The notes below the pieces were generated by a model that saw nothing but the letters and a program-made list of their open reading frames with translations, made no database searches and had not been told where the DNA came from. This document shows, one piece after another, positions 13,391-28,727 of a stretch of DNA of 64,000 bases; position 1 is the first letter of the stretch; every line of letters starts with the position of its first letter. A program made the position numbers and the translations under genes. This DNA comes from Eledone cirrhosa (lineage: Eukaryota), in the NCBI GenBank assembly GCA_964016885.1, contig OZ024757.1, positions 16,306,001-16,370,000 of the forward strand. Direction: 5' to 3'.

Positions 13391-13520
13391 CGGCTGAGCA
13401 GCCTAATTTGCATATCGAGTAAGTTAATCGGCCGGGCGCACCGAAAACTTTTCCCATTTATTGTTTTCGGTGCGCCCGGCCGATTAACTCACTCGATATG
13501 CAAATTAGGCTGCTCGGCTG
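13391..13520. repeat. GC-rich inverted repeat (~60 bp arms), MITE-like
   Basis: Left arm GAGCAGCCTAATTTGCATATCGAGTAAGTTAATCGGCCGGGCGCACCGAAAAC; right arm GTTTTCGGTGCGCCCGGCCGATTAACTCACTCGATATGCAAATTAGGCTGCTC. Confidence 0.85.
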
Positions 13521-14060
13521 AATTAGTATGGTATAGACAAGTACTATGTTGTTGAGGTGTATAATATTGTCAATACTCTGATATGCCCAGTTCCTGGTTG
13601 GGTTGTTATTTCACTGAGGAACTGGAATCATATGAATTCAAACAAACGAATTTCAGCGTCAAAGGGCCTACAACCAACATATACTCAAAATCTCTATATC
13701 TATATATATATATATATAATAATCGCCATTTAATAATCACCATACATTCTCACCTTTTCCTCAATCTCATTTACCAATGAACGAACAGCAACTTTAGAAA
13801 AAGGTTGGCAGATAAGAGATAATCTTAGAGTTTGCAAACTAATTTCAGTTCCACGAAAATGAAAAACGTTTCTATGGCAACAGGATATTACCTTTTGCAC
13901 TGAGCTTATCAATGTATTAAGACGGGACGTTTCGTTCTGCTTTCATGTTGATCACAAATAACAAAGGATTTAACAGTTTGGTCCAACATCAGTAGGCTTT
14001 GATGTTGCTGGGTCATTGCGACCTTGGGACGGTGGCGTTATACATACATACAAACATACA

Positions 14061-14355
14061 TGGTGCCTGCCAACTCGTTTTCGAGTACGGCCACTACTTT
14101 ATATCGATGTAGGAGAACCCCTACCGATGCGCTGAACAAGTGTGACTTTAGTCCAGCCAGCGACTTGAAAACTCTGGTACAAACACTACACTTGTGACAA
14201 TTATTGACATATAGTGCTGGACCCATGGTACCATGTGACGACAAGTGCAGAGAGATCTCCAGATATAAAGCAATGCCTGTGCCGTGAAGCTTTTATAGGG
14301 AGCAAAGGCACTGCACAAAGCCAGTCCCACTCTCTTAACCAAGATGATATTTACC
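14061..14355 (-). mobile_element. Truncated bipartite RTE-derived element
   Basis: Matches the 3' half of 5148-5753; flanked by TACA repeats. Confidence 0.82.
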
Positions 14356-14376
14356 ATATATACATACATTCATACA

Positions 14377-14407
<31 letters not shown>

Positions 14408-14426
14408 GTGTGTGTGTATGTGTATG

Positions 14427-14522
<96 letters not shown>

Positions 14523-14541
14523 TATATACATACATACACAT

Positions 14542-14606
<65 letters not shown>

Positions 14607-14818
14607 TAACTTCTACAAAACTAGAACAGTTTCATTCATATGAAATCAGGAATGTGCTGATTATTTCATATGAATGAAACAGTTCTAGTCTTGGCCGATA
14701 GCGTTCTGAGTTCAAATCACACTGAGGTTAACTTTGCCTTTCATCCTTACGGGGTCGATAAAATAAAGTACCAGTAACGCACTGGGACAATTGCTCGACT
14801 TGTACCAAAAGTAGATAC

Positions 14819-14849
<31 letters not shown>

Positions 14850-14854
<5 letters not shown>

Positions 14855-15966
14855 ATAATAATAAATTTGACGACTAAAATCCAAAGAGGGCTCGATAAGG
14901 ATAAATATATATCAAATATATAAGAACCGTAGAGCAAATATTTATTAAAATAACAGATTAAAGTTTAAGCAAAGAATCGCTGCTTTCACCCTTAACGGGA
15001 TCTTCTGAAACTAACAAAGTCAATCTGTAAACGCAGAACTGGATATTTCAAAAAACATTGCAACCGGAGGAAGACAGGAAGACGATTCTTTGGTTCGTGG
15101 AAATGTTCGCTGGCAAAGAACGGGAAAAAACGAATAATACGTCATTAATAGGAGCGGTGAAAAACAATTACGCGCAAAGACAGAACCACGTTTATGGTAT
15201 AAAAGAGGTCGTAGACTAATGTTCTCTTAGGTGGTGCATAGAGACGTTCTCTGGCAATGAACGAAAGAAACGAAGATAATACGTCATATGTGGAGCGTGG
15301 AGAACAATACCACGCAAAGACAAAACCACTTAAATGTATAGCAGAAGTCGTAGACTAAAATTCTAACAAGGAGACCAAATGAATCTCCGCTACAGAGTTA
15401 AGAACAAAGTAAATAAATACAATACAGAAGTAATAGAAATAAATAAATACATACACGCAAACAAATACGTACATACACGAGCATACGCAAAAACTTACCT
15501 TAGGTATACAAAACCCCGCACATATAAATATGTGTGTGTGTGTATGCGTGTATACAAATAAATAAATAATTATATAAACGTATATAAATAAATAAATACG
15601 TATATAACAAGCGCACACACATACCTTCATATAAACACACGAATGTTCGGAGACGTAAGTCAACCAAAACATGAAGTACACATATACACACACCCATCAT
15701 ACGTACGAACCTGCATACTCACACAGACGCAAAAACTCCCGTATACACATAGCCAAACCCTATGTACCAGAATATATAAAATTATACGCCATAACAATCA
15801 AATATACGTACGAGAAGGTATACGTACCTTCACAAAACATACGGGTAATATATACTTACCTATGCAAATAAGTAAAGGTATAAACAAAACATATACTTAG
15901 CTCCCACATCAAGACGTAAAGTATCCACGTATAGATTCTTTGCTTAAACTTTAATCTGTTATTTTA

Positions 15967-15972
<6 letters not shown>
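14850..15972. mobile_element. (TA)n-flanked element with terminal inversion and degenerate hammerhead (Penelope-like remnant)
   Basis: 14938-14979 is inverted at 15933-15972. The minus strand at about 14972-15012 reads CAGAAGA UCCCGUUAAGGGU GAAA GCAGCG. There is an internal ~125 bp direct duplication (15105-15220 / 15245-15357). Confidence 0.5.
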
Positions 15973-16057
<85 letters not shown>

Positions 16058-16733
16058 AAAATTATATATATATATTTTTATATATATATATATATAAATT
16101 ATATATATATATTTTAAATTATACATATATATATATAAAATTTATATATATATATATTTTTATATATTTATATATATAAAAATTATATTCACCTTAGATT
16201 TTCCAATACTCTCTGTGTTGTGTTTAAATAATTCTTCTTTAATTAATTACGTTGCTTGCAAATGTACATTTTACAAATCAGACCGACCACTTCAGTGAAG
16301 TACTAGTCTACGTTTGACATGAATAGCTTTTAATTATAAATGTCTGTGTTGAAACTAAAGCAATTATATCGTGAAAGAATCATTTGTAGCCATTTAGCAT
16401 AGCAGAGAGTAATATCGACAAGATCCCAGACCTTAGCGACTGGGGTGGAACTCGTCAAATCTGTCCAAGGAAACAATGTTTCTATTGGTCTTTCCGTTTC
16501 TTATACTATCTACTGGTTGCAACTCCTGGCAGTTAAAACACACACAAAACTTATTTACTTCATTCATATTTACAATTTCGGGAAAGGTTCGTACCTCGTT
16601 CTGAATTTAGATTGATTTAACGTTCGAAGATTGTCGTCCTTGTTTTTGGTCATAAATATATTTCGACTGTATGTGGAATGTGGGTCTGGGTTTTGTTATA
16701 GAATAATTCTACTACATAACAAAACCTCACCAG

Positions 16734-16911
16734 CTTGAAAGGATGTCCCCCATTGCTACACAACAAATGTTGGTTCCGTCCTTAGCCAGCAAAACCTTGC
16801 CATCCACCGAGGCAATGACTTAAGTCATTGCCTCGGTGGATGGCAAGGTCTTTGCTGGTAAGGACGGAACCAACATTCTGTTGTGTTAGCAAATCGGGGG
16901 ACATCTTTCAA
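16734..16911. repeat. ~180 bp palindrome centred on GACTTAAGTC
   Basis: CCTTGCCATCCACCGAGGCAATGACTT|AAGTCATTGCCTCGGTGGATGGCAAGG has no spacer, and the arms extend imperfectly to about 88 bp. Confidence 0.9.
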
Positions 16912-17809
16912 GTGGATGGGTTCTTCCTGAACAAGCTGAAAGAACTATTTCGGTTGCTATATCAACAAGTACTTCCTTACAGATAGAATCCTCAGAAGCT
17001 TGAAAATCTTCTCTGTTTACTATAATAACAATTCCTCGTTTCCTGCCTACCAAATATGACCCCAGCAGTCTAAAAGGACTTCTCCAATGAAAACCATTTA
17101 GTTATTAGTGAAACCCTCCTCCTCAGTGAATGACGAGTTCAGGTGAACTCGCTTCTATTTCAATTCTTCCTGTGCATCTAAGGATTATGTATTTATTTAT
17201 GTATGGATAGATCTGTGACCCCTGAGAGAGTCGTAGGGGTGACATATTGACATACAACGTTTCCCGGACATTTTGAAACCTGGCGAGAGCCCTTCTCCTC
17301 CACAGGCTTGAATACAGTAGGTTTCTGTGAGAGAAAGATAAAAGAGAAACAGATATAGAGGAATAATTGACCCCAGTACTAGACGGGTACCTTTTTATCG
17401 ACCTGAAATGAATGAAGGGCAAAGTTGACTTCGTCGGTATTTGAACTTAGAGAGCAGAGCGTCGGAATGAATATTGCAAATCATTCTATCCGACTTTCTC
17501 ATGATTCTGCCAATCCTCCGTATATGTCCCTATGGATTATACATACTTTTAAACGGTTTAACATAAAATCCTTGATTGTTCATCAGATGTTACAAAAGAC
17601 TTCAACTGTATGAGTCCTTACCATTGATACTTCTCATCATCTAAACATTGATAAAGGGAGTTTCTATTTAAATTCATTTGTTTCGTGAAACTATGGTTTA
17701 TACATAACTTTAAACATCTTTAACGTAAAATCATTAGTGTTCATCATATGTGTTGATGAAATATAACGATATAGAAACGTGAATCTAACAATCTAGAACA
17801 GCATAAAAA

Positions 17810-18365
17810 GTAAAGACTCCCTTCAGTCAAGAATCACCATGGGATTTGCACTTAGAAAGTTCCCCATCGAGACACATATCCAGGCAAGGTTGTTTGTAGA
17901 AGACCAGCAGTCGCCCATGCATACCAGCCTCCCTTCTCTATGCCACTGATGTTGTCCAAGGGAAAGGCAAAGACCGATATTTTGGTACCATTGACATCGC
18001 AACTCATTTCTACAGCTGAGTAAACTGGAATAACGTGAAATAAAGTGTCTTGCTCAAGAACACAAAGCCCAGTATGAGAATAGATACCGTACACACATAA
18101 TATATAGGATACAGATGGCTCACACGTCCAGGCATGGTTGTTTGTGGAAGACTAGCAGTCGTCTATGCATACCAGTCTCCCCTCTCCACGTCACTGATGT
18201 TGTCCAAGGGAAAGGCAATGGCTGATGCGGCTTGGCGAACTCATTTCGTCAGCTGAGTAAACTGGAGCAATGTGAAATAAAGTGTCTTGCTGAAAGACAC
18301 CATACACTGCACGGTCCTGGAATCGAACTCACACCTCACGATTGCAACAGAATACTTAACCACAA
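17810..18365 (-). mobile_element. Two SINE family 2 copies with LINE-like 3' tails
   Basis: CORE-like segment plus GAAGACCAGCAGTCGCCCATGCATACCAG...GTCCAAGGGAAAGGC. The same sequence occurs at 40280-40555. Confidence 0.7.
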
Positions 18366-19154
18366 TCTTGATAGAAAAAAAACAAAACAAAAGCACAAGT
18401 AATACGAAGTTAGTGACAGAAATATTCAGGTATCTTTCAACATCAGGAATTCAGAGTACGCAGACGTTTGTCTCCATTTCTTAAAATAAACAGACTTTGC
18501 TAGTTAGTAATGGGATTCGGCTATGTGGAAGAATAGTTTTATGGCACAACACTTCTTGGTTTTAATCTAAAGGTTAAGAAAGACCACCATCGGCAGCACA
18601 ACGCTCCCGGTTTACAGGATGCAATTGTACGAGGAAACACGTTGCCACTTCATAATAGACTTTACTATGAAGGAATAAGGGAAAAAGTGTGAATATAATA
18701 GATTTCTGTCTTCTTAAAGGGCCCATATTGCCATTGTTACACATAGGCACACATGCACATACATATACGTATATATACACGCGTACACACACACGCACAT
18801 GCGCAGGCATATATACATAAATATATACATGTAAATATACATATACATACACATATATACACACACGTATATATACAGACGTAAATAAATACATACACAC
18901 ACGTATATGAATGCATACATATACACAAACAAATATGTGTGTGTGTGTGAATGAGTAGTTTTCTGTGTCTGAATGTGTGGGGTCTAGTTAGAATGCTTCA
19001 CCCCTATAATTGGAATATTTTGACCTCATAGAACCTTCCACCGAACAATTTTCGATGTCTCTTCGGAGATGTACACATTTGGTGTTTACATATGGTACGT
19101 GTTTACAGTTAATGTCCTCTCCTAGCATCCTTTCCGCACACATAGGCATATTTA

Positions 19155-19190
<36 letters not shown>

Positions 19191-19321
19191 TGCGTACGTG
19201 TATGTGTGCGTGTGTTTGTGTGTACATAGATATATAAAGTATATATGTACTTGAATATAGTGAGAGATAGATATGCATACACACATATATATTTATATAT
19301 ACATATATATATATATATATA

Positions 19322-19427
19322 TACATAGGCTGTCCTCAAAATATGTATACACACTTAAACATCATTCTAATAAATATGCCCTGTACAGGTAATGAAAAGG
19401 TGTATACAATTTTTCGGACACCCTGTA
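19322..19427. mobile_element. Tc1/mariner-like MITE (~105 bp)
   Basis: Imperfect TIRs TACATAGGCTGTCCTCAAAATATGTATACAC / GTGTATACAATTTTTCGGACACCCTGTA, set in TA dinucleotides. Confidence 0.6.
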
Positions 19428-19446
19428 TATATATATATATATATAT

Positions 19447-19627
19447 AGGAAGATGTTTGACCCCGACGGCAGAGCTCAAGCCATTTCGCCGGTCCAGAAA
19501 TAGCCGTCGAAACGGCTTGAGCTCTGCCGTCGGGTTCAAACATTTTCCTATTACCCACTCTACTACCCTAAGTATTGAGTACTCTGGTGCGTTATGGTCC
19601 ATCTGGTTCCTTACCACATTTCCTTCG

Positions 19628-19630
<3 letters not shown>
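19447..19630 (+). mobile_element. Fold-back mini-element family B with the 3' half of a hammerhead, in (TA)n
   Basis: GAAA CGGC-UUGAGCUCU-GCCG UC^ GGG gives stem III and a GUC site. The upstream part is an inverted copy of the downstream sequence. Confidence 0.75.
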
Positions 19631-19684
<54 letters not shown>

Positions 19685-19705
19685 ATATTATATATATATA
19701 TTATA

Positions 19706-19773
<68 letters not shown>

Positions 19774-20019
19774 AAAAATTGAACAGGGACAGAACAGAGG
19801 GGCAGTACGACAAATGTTTATTAGATTCACGCTCAGGAGAGTGGGGGGTAGGTGGAGGACGACGTATTATATATATATATTATAATGAAATACTATTTCA
19901 TTATATCATTATAATTTTAAAGGATTGTAAATAAAACGAGTAAATCAGACAAAGTTGGAATTCCTTTTATTAATATAATCTTCTATACACAATCATACAC
20001 ACCCGTATATATATATATA

Positions 20020-20231
20020 TAACGAAGGAAATGTGGTAAGGAACCAGATGGACCATAACGCACCGGAGTACTCAATACTTAGGGTAGTAGAGTGGGAAAT
20101 AGGAAACAGTATGACCCCGACGGCAGAGCTCAAGCCGTTTCGACGGTTATTTCTAGACTCCAGAATACTTGAGTCCAGAAATAGCCGTCGAAACGGCTTG
20201 AGCTCTGCCGTCGAGGTCATACTTTTTCTTA
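20020..20231 (-). mobile_element. Fold-back mini-element family B, in (TA)n
   Basis: Same family, with the inversion centre at about 20165 in the putative stem II. Further copies at 38948-38982, 53289-53466, 54565-54710 and 62542-62630. Confidence 0.78.
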
Positions 20232-20245
20232 TATATATATGTAAG

Positions 20246-20304
<59 letters not shown>

Positions 20305-20384
20305 ATATATATATATGTAAGTATATATATATATATATATATATATTTATGTATATATATGTAAGTATATATATATATATGTAA

Positions 20385-20432
<48 letters not shown>

Positions 20433-20454
20433 TTACATATATATATATATATAA

Positions 20455-20594
<140 letters not shown>

Positions 20595-20987
20595 GAGAAG
20601 AAAGAATACTGCGTGGTTGCACATGGGTTACATATGATAAAAATAGTCCTTCGTCAGTGATTTTCCAACCTTCATTGGTATTTCATCGCTTTAAAAATCA
20701 TATACCTCCGGTTGGTGCGAGCAATAGCTAAATAAAGCTATTGGGACAAGTAAATCGCGTAAAGCTGGCGAGACAAGTAAACAAACATGGAAGGATTGAT
20801 AGCAACGCAAAGATAGGAAAAAACAAGCAACATGGTTATCCGGTCAGCTTTAGCTGGGTGGATTTCATGAGCGAGCGTGATACAGATCATCCGACGTGAG
20901 TGAGATGTGAGCAAAAAGAGAACCCACACAGGCCAAACGGGAGGAAGTATGTACGTATATGTATATATATATACATACATACATACA

Positions 20988-21280
20988 TGGTGGCTGCCAA
21001 CTCGTTTTCGAGTACGGCCACTACTTTATATCCATGTAGGAGAACGCCTACCGATGCGCTGACGAGTGTGACTTTTTAGTCCAGCCAGCGACTTGAAAAC
21101 TCTGGTACAAACACTACACTTGTGACAATTATTGACACAGTGCTGGGCCCATGGTACCATGTGACGACAAGTGCAGAGATATAAAGATCTCCAGATATGA
21201 AGCAATGTCTGTGCTGTGAAGCTTTTATAGTGGGCAAAGGCACTGCACAAAGCCAGTCCCACTCTCTTAACCAAGATGAT
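20988..21280 (-). mobile_element. Truncated bipartite RTE-derived element
   Basis: Matches the 3' half of the element; flanked by TACA repeats. Confidence 0.82.
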
Positions 21281-21303
21281 ACATACATACATACATACAT
21301 ACA

Positions 21304-21333
<30 letters not shown>

Positions 21334-21334
<1 letters not shown>

Positions 21335-21957
21335 GTAAGCCACATTGTTGCCAGCTGCGAAAGAATGTCATCTCGCTACTACCTCCCCATGAGACACGAT
21401 GGGATAGCTAGAACCATCTGGAACGCACTTCGGAAAATAAAATTAACAACAAACGAGGAAGAATATATTGAGACAGATGGCACTAAGGAATACTGGTGGA
21501 ACCTGAAAATAAAAACTGCCACCAAATTAAAGCACAACCGGCCTGATATTGTAGTTTGGGACCACACATTGAAAACGTATTCTGTTGTGGAGATCAGCTG
21601 CCCACTTGATGTAAACGTTGTCAGAAAAATACAGGAGAAGGAGGACATCTACGGACCATTGATGAGGAGTTTACAAATCCAGTATCCAAGATACACCTTT
21701 AGCTTCATACCCATCATTATTGGAGCTACGGGTTATATACCAACCCGCTTGGACCAAAGTATGACTGAACTTGGATTTGCGGACAAAAAGCGCAGCTCCC
21801 TAATTCATAGTCTACAAATGGCTGCGATAGCTGGCACCTTCAAAATTTGCAAAACATTCTTGCGATTCAAGGGATGACAATTTCTTTTCTTTTACAACCT
21901 TGCCACCAGGAAGGTGGCCGGTCAAAAAAATATACTCGAAATTAAGAGAAAGAGATA
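21334..21957 (+). mobile_element. 5'-truncated R4/Dong-like LINE, near-identical to the 3' part of 5838-7117
   Basis: Protein SHIVASCERMS..RPDIVVWD..KTFLRFKG* and the same 3' UTR, ending AAGAGATACATAC. Confidence 0.9.
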
Positions 21958-22338
21958 CATACATACATACAATCATACATACATATTGAATGGAAATACA
22001 GTAAATCCTTTAAAACCTAACCATATTTCCATTTATCATTCCCCATTCAGCCAAAATAAAATATGTCCTTTTCTTGTTGAAAATGCCAACCTCCTAATCT
22101 AGCTACGTATGACTGGCATATATGAATAAGTCCAATTCTCCCCAATAGCTTCCATGTCTCTCTGCAATAGCTACCATGTCTCAATCCTTGCTTTATCCCA
22201 ACCATGTAAGCCTGACAGTCAATATTGACTGTGTTCTGTTCAATAAATCGAAACTAAATCAGAATGTTTGGGGTTTTTTGTTTGTTGTCGTCGTTGTCGT
22301 CGTTGTTGTTGTTGTTGTTGTTTCGTTTTCAAAAGATA

Positions 22339-23675
<1,337 letters not shown>

Positions 23676-24279
23676 CGCATAGATAGATAGATAAATGTTA
23701 CCATTGTGTTGTAGATTTATAGTTATATAAATGACATTTATTGATGTTGTGATTCCATTTATATCAAGCAAAAGTCTTCTTCATTGCATATATCTTGGTT
23801 AACCTGTACTTGATGGAATGGACTTCACTCGGTTTCGACGATGAGTGTTCAAGTCGGTCTAATCAACGGCATACTCTCTGCTCGTGGAATTAACGCGAGA
23901 GAGGTTGAGCATTCCTCAGACACATGCACCTCATTCAAAATCTCACAGTGTCTCGAAAGGCCTTTGGCATTTTATAAACATAATTGGCAGAGTTAAGACG
24001 TCGGATAGAATATTTTACAGTATTCGTCGCGCCTCATTGCTCACTCTGCGTTCAAATCCCGTTGTGGTCAACTCAACTCTGTCTCTCATCCATTCGAGGT
24101 CGATAAAAAGGTACCAGTCCAGTCCTGGCGTCGATTCTGCCTTTATAGAAAAAAATCGGCTATCTTTAGACCTGGAGAGGGTTGGGCTCCGTCAGGTTTA
24201 AAAGTGCCCCAGACATGCCGTATGACAGTGCCTCTGCAACCCCACAAGGAGTTGTGGGATCTTTATGCTTTACTTTTTT

Positions 24280-24625
24280 AAAACATGTTGGAGCAATATC
24301 TAATAAAAACTGAACATACTACTAAAAGGAACAAAAAGACAAGGAGAAAGAAAATGAAAATGAAAAGGAGAAGAAGAAAGAAGGATCCAGCGGTGAAAGA
24401 AAGGGAGAAGGAAAGGACAAACAGTACACACGAATCTCAGTGGTGCCTCAGCCGCGCCCCGTGGACAACAAAATAGCAAAGGCGTTACCGCGGAGAATGT
24501 CCTGAGATATCCGCTGCAACAGCCATCTCCACTTCATGCGGTTCCCTCCTCAAGCGGGCCGCCCTCTTTCCGACTTTACGGAGGAAATCAGCAGTGCGGG
24601 GCTCAAGAACGGTTGCTCACAGGGA
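24280..24625 (-). pseudogene. 3' end of a CRE/NeSL-like RLE LINE
   Basis: The minus strand encodes PRTADFLRKVGKRAARLRREPHE / WLLQRISQDILRGNAFAILLSTGRG* (QRIS..RGNA terminal motif), with one frameshift, then a pyrimidine-rich UTR. Confidence 0.6.
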
Positions 24626-25102
24626 GACACTGAGTGAAATGTGGAGTGACAAGCCATGGCCCCTTTGAATTGCTGGTACAATTCATTTTTGTCAGCTGTG
24701 TGAACTGGAGCAACGTGAAATAAATTGTCTACTTCAAGGACACAATGCGTCACTCGTTCTTGCTGGGTTGGTGGTAGAATCGTTAGAGCGCCGCGCAAAT
24801 CCTTCATAGTATATGTTCCAGCTCTCTCTCTGCTCTGAGTTCAAATTCTGCATGACAAACTTTGCCTTGCATCCTTTTAAGTTTGATAAAATAAAGTGCC
24901 TGTAATATAATTGGGTCGATATAATCGACCCTTCCCTCTCTCCCCTTAAATTGCCCGCCTTGTGCTTAGATTAGAAACTATTATTCGACGTCAATTTTAA
25001 CTACCCTATATACTCATATAAAGGTCGAATATTTTAGACCCTTTTTAAAAGTTAAATGTATGTGGTTGACTATTACATGGGTACTACTTTTGAGGGGCTT
25101 AA

Positions 25103-25323
25103 CCCTTTAGCATTTACATTACTCTATTTATACTATTGTATTTTTGTGGTAAAGACTTTACCTGACTTAATTATCTCACATAATATGGAATCTATGAGAT
25201 TTTGATATTATTCATTTTGAGAACAATACCTTAACATAAATATAAGCGGCTGGTTACAGCCAGTTTGAACAGGAAGAAGTGAGAGAATTCTGGCCGGATA
25301 TGGCCGGTTTAAATGTTAAAGTG
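25103..25323. mobile_element. piggyBac-like MITE
   Basis: TTAA|CCCTTTAGCATTTA ... TAAATGTTAAAGTG|TTAA: imperfect TIRs with TTAA on both sides. Confidence 0.6.
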
Positions 25324-26049
25324 TTAAATACTTGAAGCTTAATGAAGAAAAGGAACTGTTATATATTTAATAAAATAAAAGACAATTTTTATTAACACAG
25401 TAATTTCGTCTTGTGTCTTGCACAAGGACAGACTTGGCTACGGGGGAATTATAGCTATGATGACACGATAGTGGGCCGAATGCATCTAACCACTAAGCCA
25501 CACATCCTCACCCAGTTTTCGAAATACTATAAGGAGCAGGACAAACAAAGGCAAAGACAGATGAAACAATAAAGATATGTCTTTGAGATTAACTATCCAT
25601 CTTCTTTGGTGATCTGGCTCCATAGAATTCTGATCTGAAACATGTTTCGTCAATAGGATTTGCCGAACTAAAAAAGAAAAAAAACAACCACCAAAAATCT
25701 CTTCTTTAAACTAAGTCAAGATACCAAATGTAAACAGAGTTGATATAATATAAAATAACATAGTAAAAGAAAACATTAAAAAAATACAATGCTCACTTCC
25801 TCTAGAAATAAAATACGTTAAAAGTAACCGAAATATTTCTTTTGAAAATAGGAATAAAAATAATAATAATAATTTTTTTAAAATTTAATATTAAAATAAC
25901 AAAAAATTCAATTTTAGAAACGCTTCAAATATTTGGTGAAGGTTTCATAGAACTTGAGATTCAGCAGATTAAGAATGTTTTTAACATTTTTATTATTAAT
26001 ATTATTATTGTGGTGTTGTTGTTGTTGTTATTATTATTATTATTATTAC

Positions 26050-26980
26050 AGCTGCATTTATCTTGCTTTATGTTCATACGAGTTATCACCAAGTCACAAC
26101 CAGTGACCTCAAAAGACAACAAGGTCCGCCATGTTCAAGAAAGAACATACACACTCACACATGCATCTTTAGGTGTTTAGACTTGTGATGTACTCATATT
26201 GACAGAATCTTCCTTAGTATATGGGCAGTTCCCATTAGTACTATCTTTTGTATTTCTCCTATACGCGGGTTTCCTGGGATTTGCGATAAGTAATCATTAG
26301 ACCCCTTAGGTATCATTCCTAGAGCGCCTACAACCACTGGTATTGTTTTAGTTCTCAATTTCCACATTTTTCCAATTTCTATCTCCAGGTCCTTATACTT
26401 GCTCAATTTTTCAAATGTTTTTATAGATACATTCTTGTCTATTGGAACGGACATATCAATTAGCAGGCATACCCTCTTTTTAAAGTCCTTCAATATTATA
26501 TCAGGTCTGTTTGCATCCATTTTTCGGTCTGTTTGGATGCTAAAGTTCCACAAGATTGAGATGTGATCTTTTTTCAAGTATGGGAGGTGGTTGATGCTCC
26601 CACCAATTCTTTTGATGGGGCAGGTCAAAATGCTTACACATTATCCAATGTATGTTTGTGCAGCTCTGTCATGCCTGTTTAGGTATTCGGTTGGAGCTAT
26701 AGGACTGCACATTGAAATTATATGGTCAATGGTCTCTGGTTGTTTTTTAAATACACGGCATAATGGGCTGTATCCGTTTTTTATTATGTTGGCTTGGTAA
26801 TTTTTTGTTGGCAGACACTGATCTTGTGCTGATATAATCAGTCCTTCAGTCTCCGATTTCAGTCCAGAGGATGCCAACCACTGATGGGTTAAAGTTTTGT
26901 CAACATCAGGATTGTTAGCTCGTTCTGGGTATTTTCCATACAGAGGCTTTTCTTGCCATTTCTTAGCCAGTTTCTGTAGC
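26050..26980 (-). mobile_element. 5'-truncated Dong/R4-like RLE LINE inserted in (TAA)n
   Basis: Motifs KWQEKPLYGKY, ETEGLIISAQDQ, CRV..H..C, RHD, NRPDIILKD..LIDMSVP..EKLSKYKDL. Both ends abut (TAA)n/(ATT)n. Confidence 0.88.
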
Positions 26981-26993
26981 ATTATTATCATTA

Positions 26994-27037
<44 letters not shown>

Positions 27038-28142
27038 GTTGTTGTTGTTGGTGGTGGTGGTGGTGGTGTTACTTTTGTCTTGTCTATCTACACTAATGCT
27101 GACAAAAACATTCTCATTATTTATAGCAAGGTATATTTTGGCTTCTATCAGAGTTGCTACCTGGATAATACAGTATTTCGAACAGACAAACGAATTCGCC
27201 TCTGGCTCTACAATACTAAACTGTTTATTTTTAAAGTGTTTTTATGATACTTATACAAAAGCCATCCATCATCATTTTACACAAGTACCGTTGGTAAATT
27301 GTTTCAACCTTCAACTTAATAATTATTTCTTACATTTGGCACAAGGCCAGCAATTTGAAAGGAAGGAGAAAATCGATTAAATCGAGGCCAGTAAGTTACT
27401 GCTACTTTATTTTATCAAGCCCCGTGAGGATAAAAGACAAATCTAATCTCAGTGGGATTAATAATAATAAGTTTTTGATTTAGGTACAGGGCCAACAATT
27501 TGGGAGAAAGTCGATGAAATCGATCCTAGTGTGTTATTTGTACTTTAGTTTTTCGACCCTGTAAGGATTTGAATTCAAAACGTAAAGGGCTGTAACTCAA
27601 GGCTGCAAAGCATGTTGTCCGACGCTCTACCGATTCTGCCAATCCACGACCCTTGTTTCAAACCCCAACTTAATAATGAAAATCTCGGTTGTATTACTAA
27701 ATATCTTCAATATTCTTGATTATATTAAAATTCATGGCAGTGTCTTTCACTGGATCATTTACAGGCAGTTGCTTCTGATAGGATCCTCAGAAGACCCAGG
27801 TTCGGCAATCCTTTCAGGAATATATGGGAATAAATGGATGAAGATATAGAAGTTGAGGAATTAGTGGAAAACTAAAGTACTTAATTAACTGAGCTGCACA
27901 ATTTGATTTTTTCTGTGCTCCAATTTATGGTACATCCGTTGAAGGTCTGCACGTTCTGTTGCTGGGTTGTAAATGTTGCTCCAATGACTTCAGGACTGTT
28001 GCTCTGACTTCACGACTCGAGGCCAAATCACCGTTGATTCGATTTCGACGGCCCCAGTTCCCAACACGATGCATTTGTGTGTTTAATATTGCTATCATAT
28101 ATATTATGTATATGTATATGTATGTACGGTATCTCTATTATT

Positions 28143-28193
<51 letters not shown>

Positions 28194-28197
28194 TCTC

Positions 28198-28260
<63 letters not shown>

Positions 28261-28261
28261 A

Positions 28262-28727
28262 GGGCGGTGAATTGGCAGTATCGGTAGAGGGTTGGACGCC
28301 ATGCTTTGACGCCATGCTTTGACGCATAGAGTTACGGCCCTTGCCATTCTGAGTTCAAATCCCGCCGAGGTTAACTTTGCCTTTCATCCTTACGGGGTCG
28401 ATCAAATAAAGTACCAGTAATGTACTGGGTAATTGCTGGCCTTGTGCCAAAAGTAGAAACAATTATTATTATTATTATTTTCTCCTCGCCTTTATAATTA
28501 ATTAATTAATGGATTAATTGATTATTTATTGTTTGTTTGAAGGGCGGTGGATTGGCAGTATCGGTAGAGGGTCGGACGCCATGTTTTCCAGCATAGTTAC
28601 GTCCCTTTACGATCTGAGTTCAAATCCCGCCGAGGTTGACTTTGCCTTTCATCCTTACGTGGTCGATAAAATAAAGTACCAGTAATGCACTGGGTAATTG
28701 CTGGCCTTGTGCCAAAAGTAGAAACAA
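28262..28727 (+). mobile_element. Two SINE family 1 copies (28262-28462, 28542-28727)
   Basis: Both match the full consensus. The second is flanked by a long direct repeat. Confidence 0.88.

Noticed and set aside
20640-20670. CUGACGA on the minus strand as a hammerhead core
   Set aside because: There is no properly placed GAAA, stem III or stem I.
27730-28075. Moderately GC-rich unique segment as a host exon
   Set aside because: The frames examined contain stops, and I found no recognisable domain or convincing splice sites.
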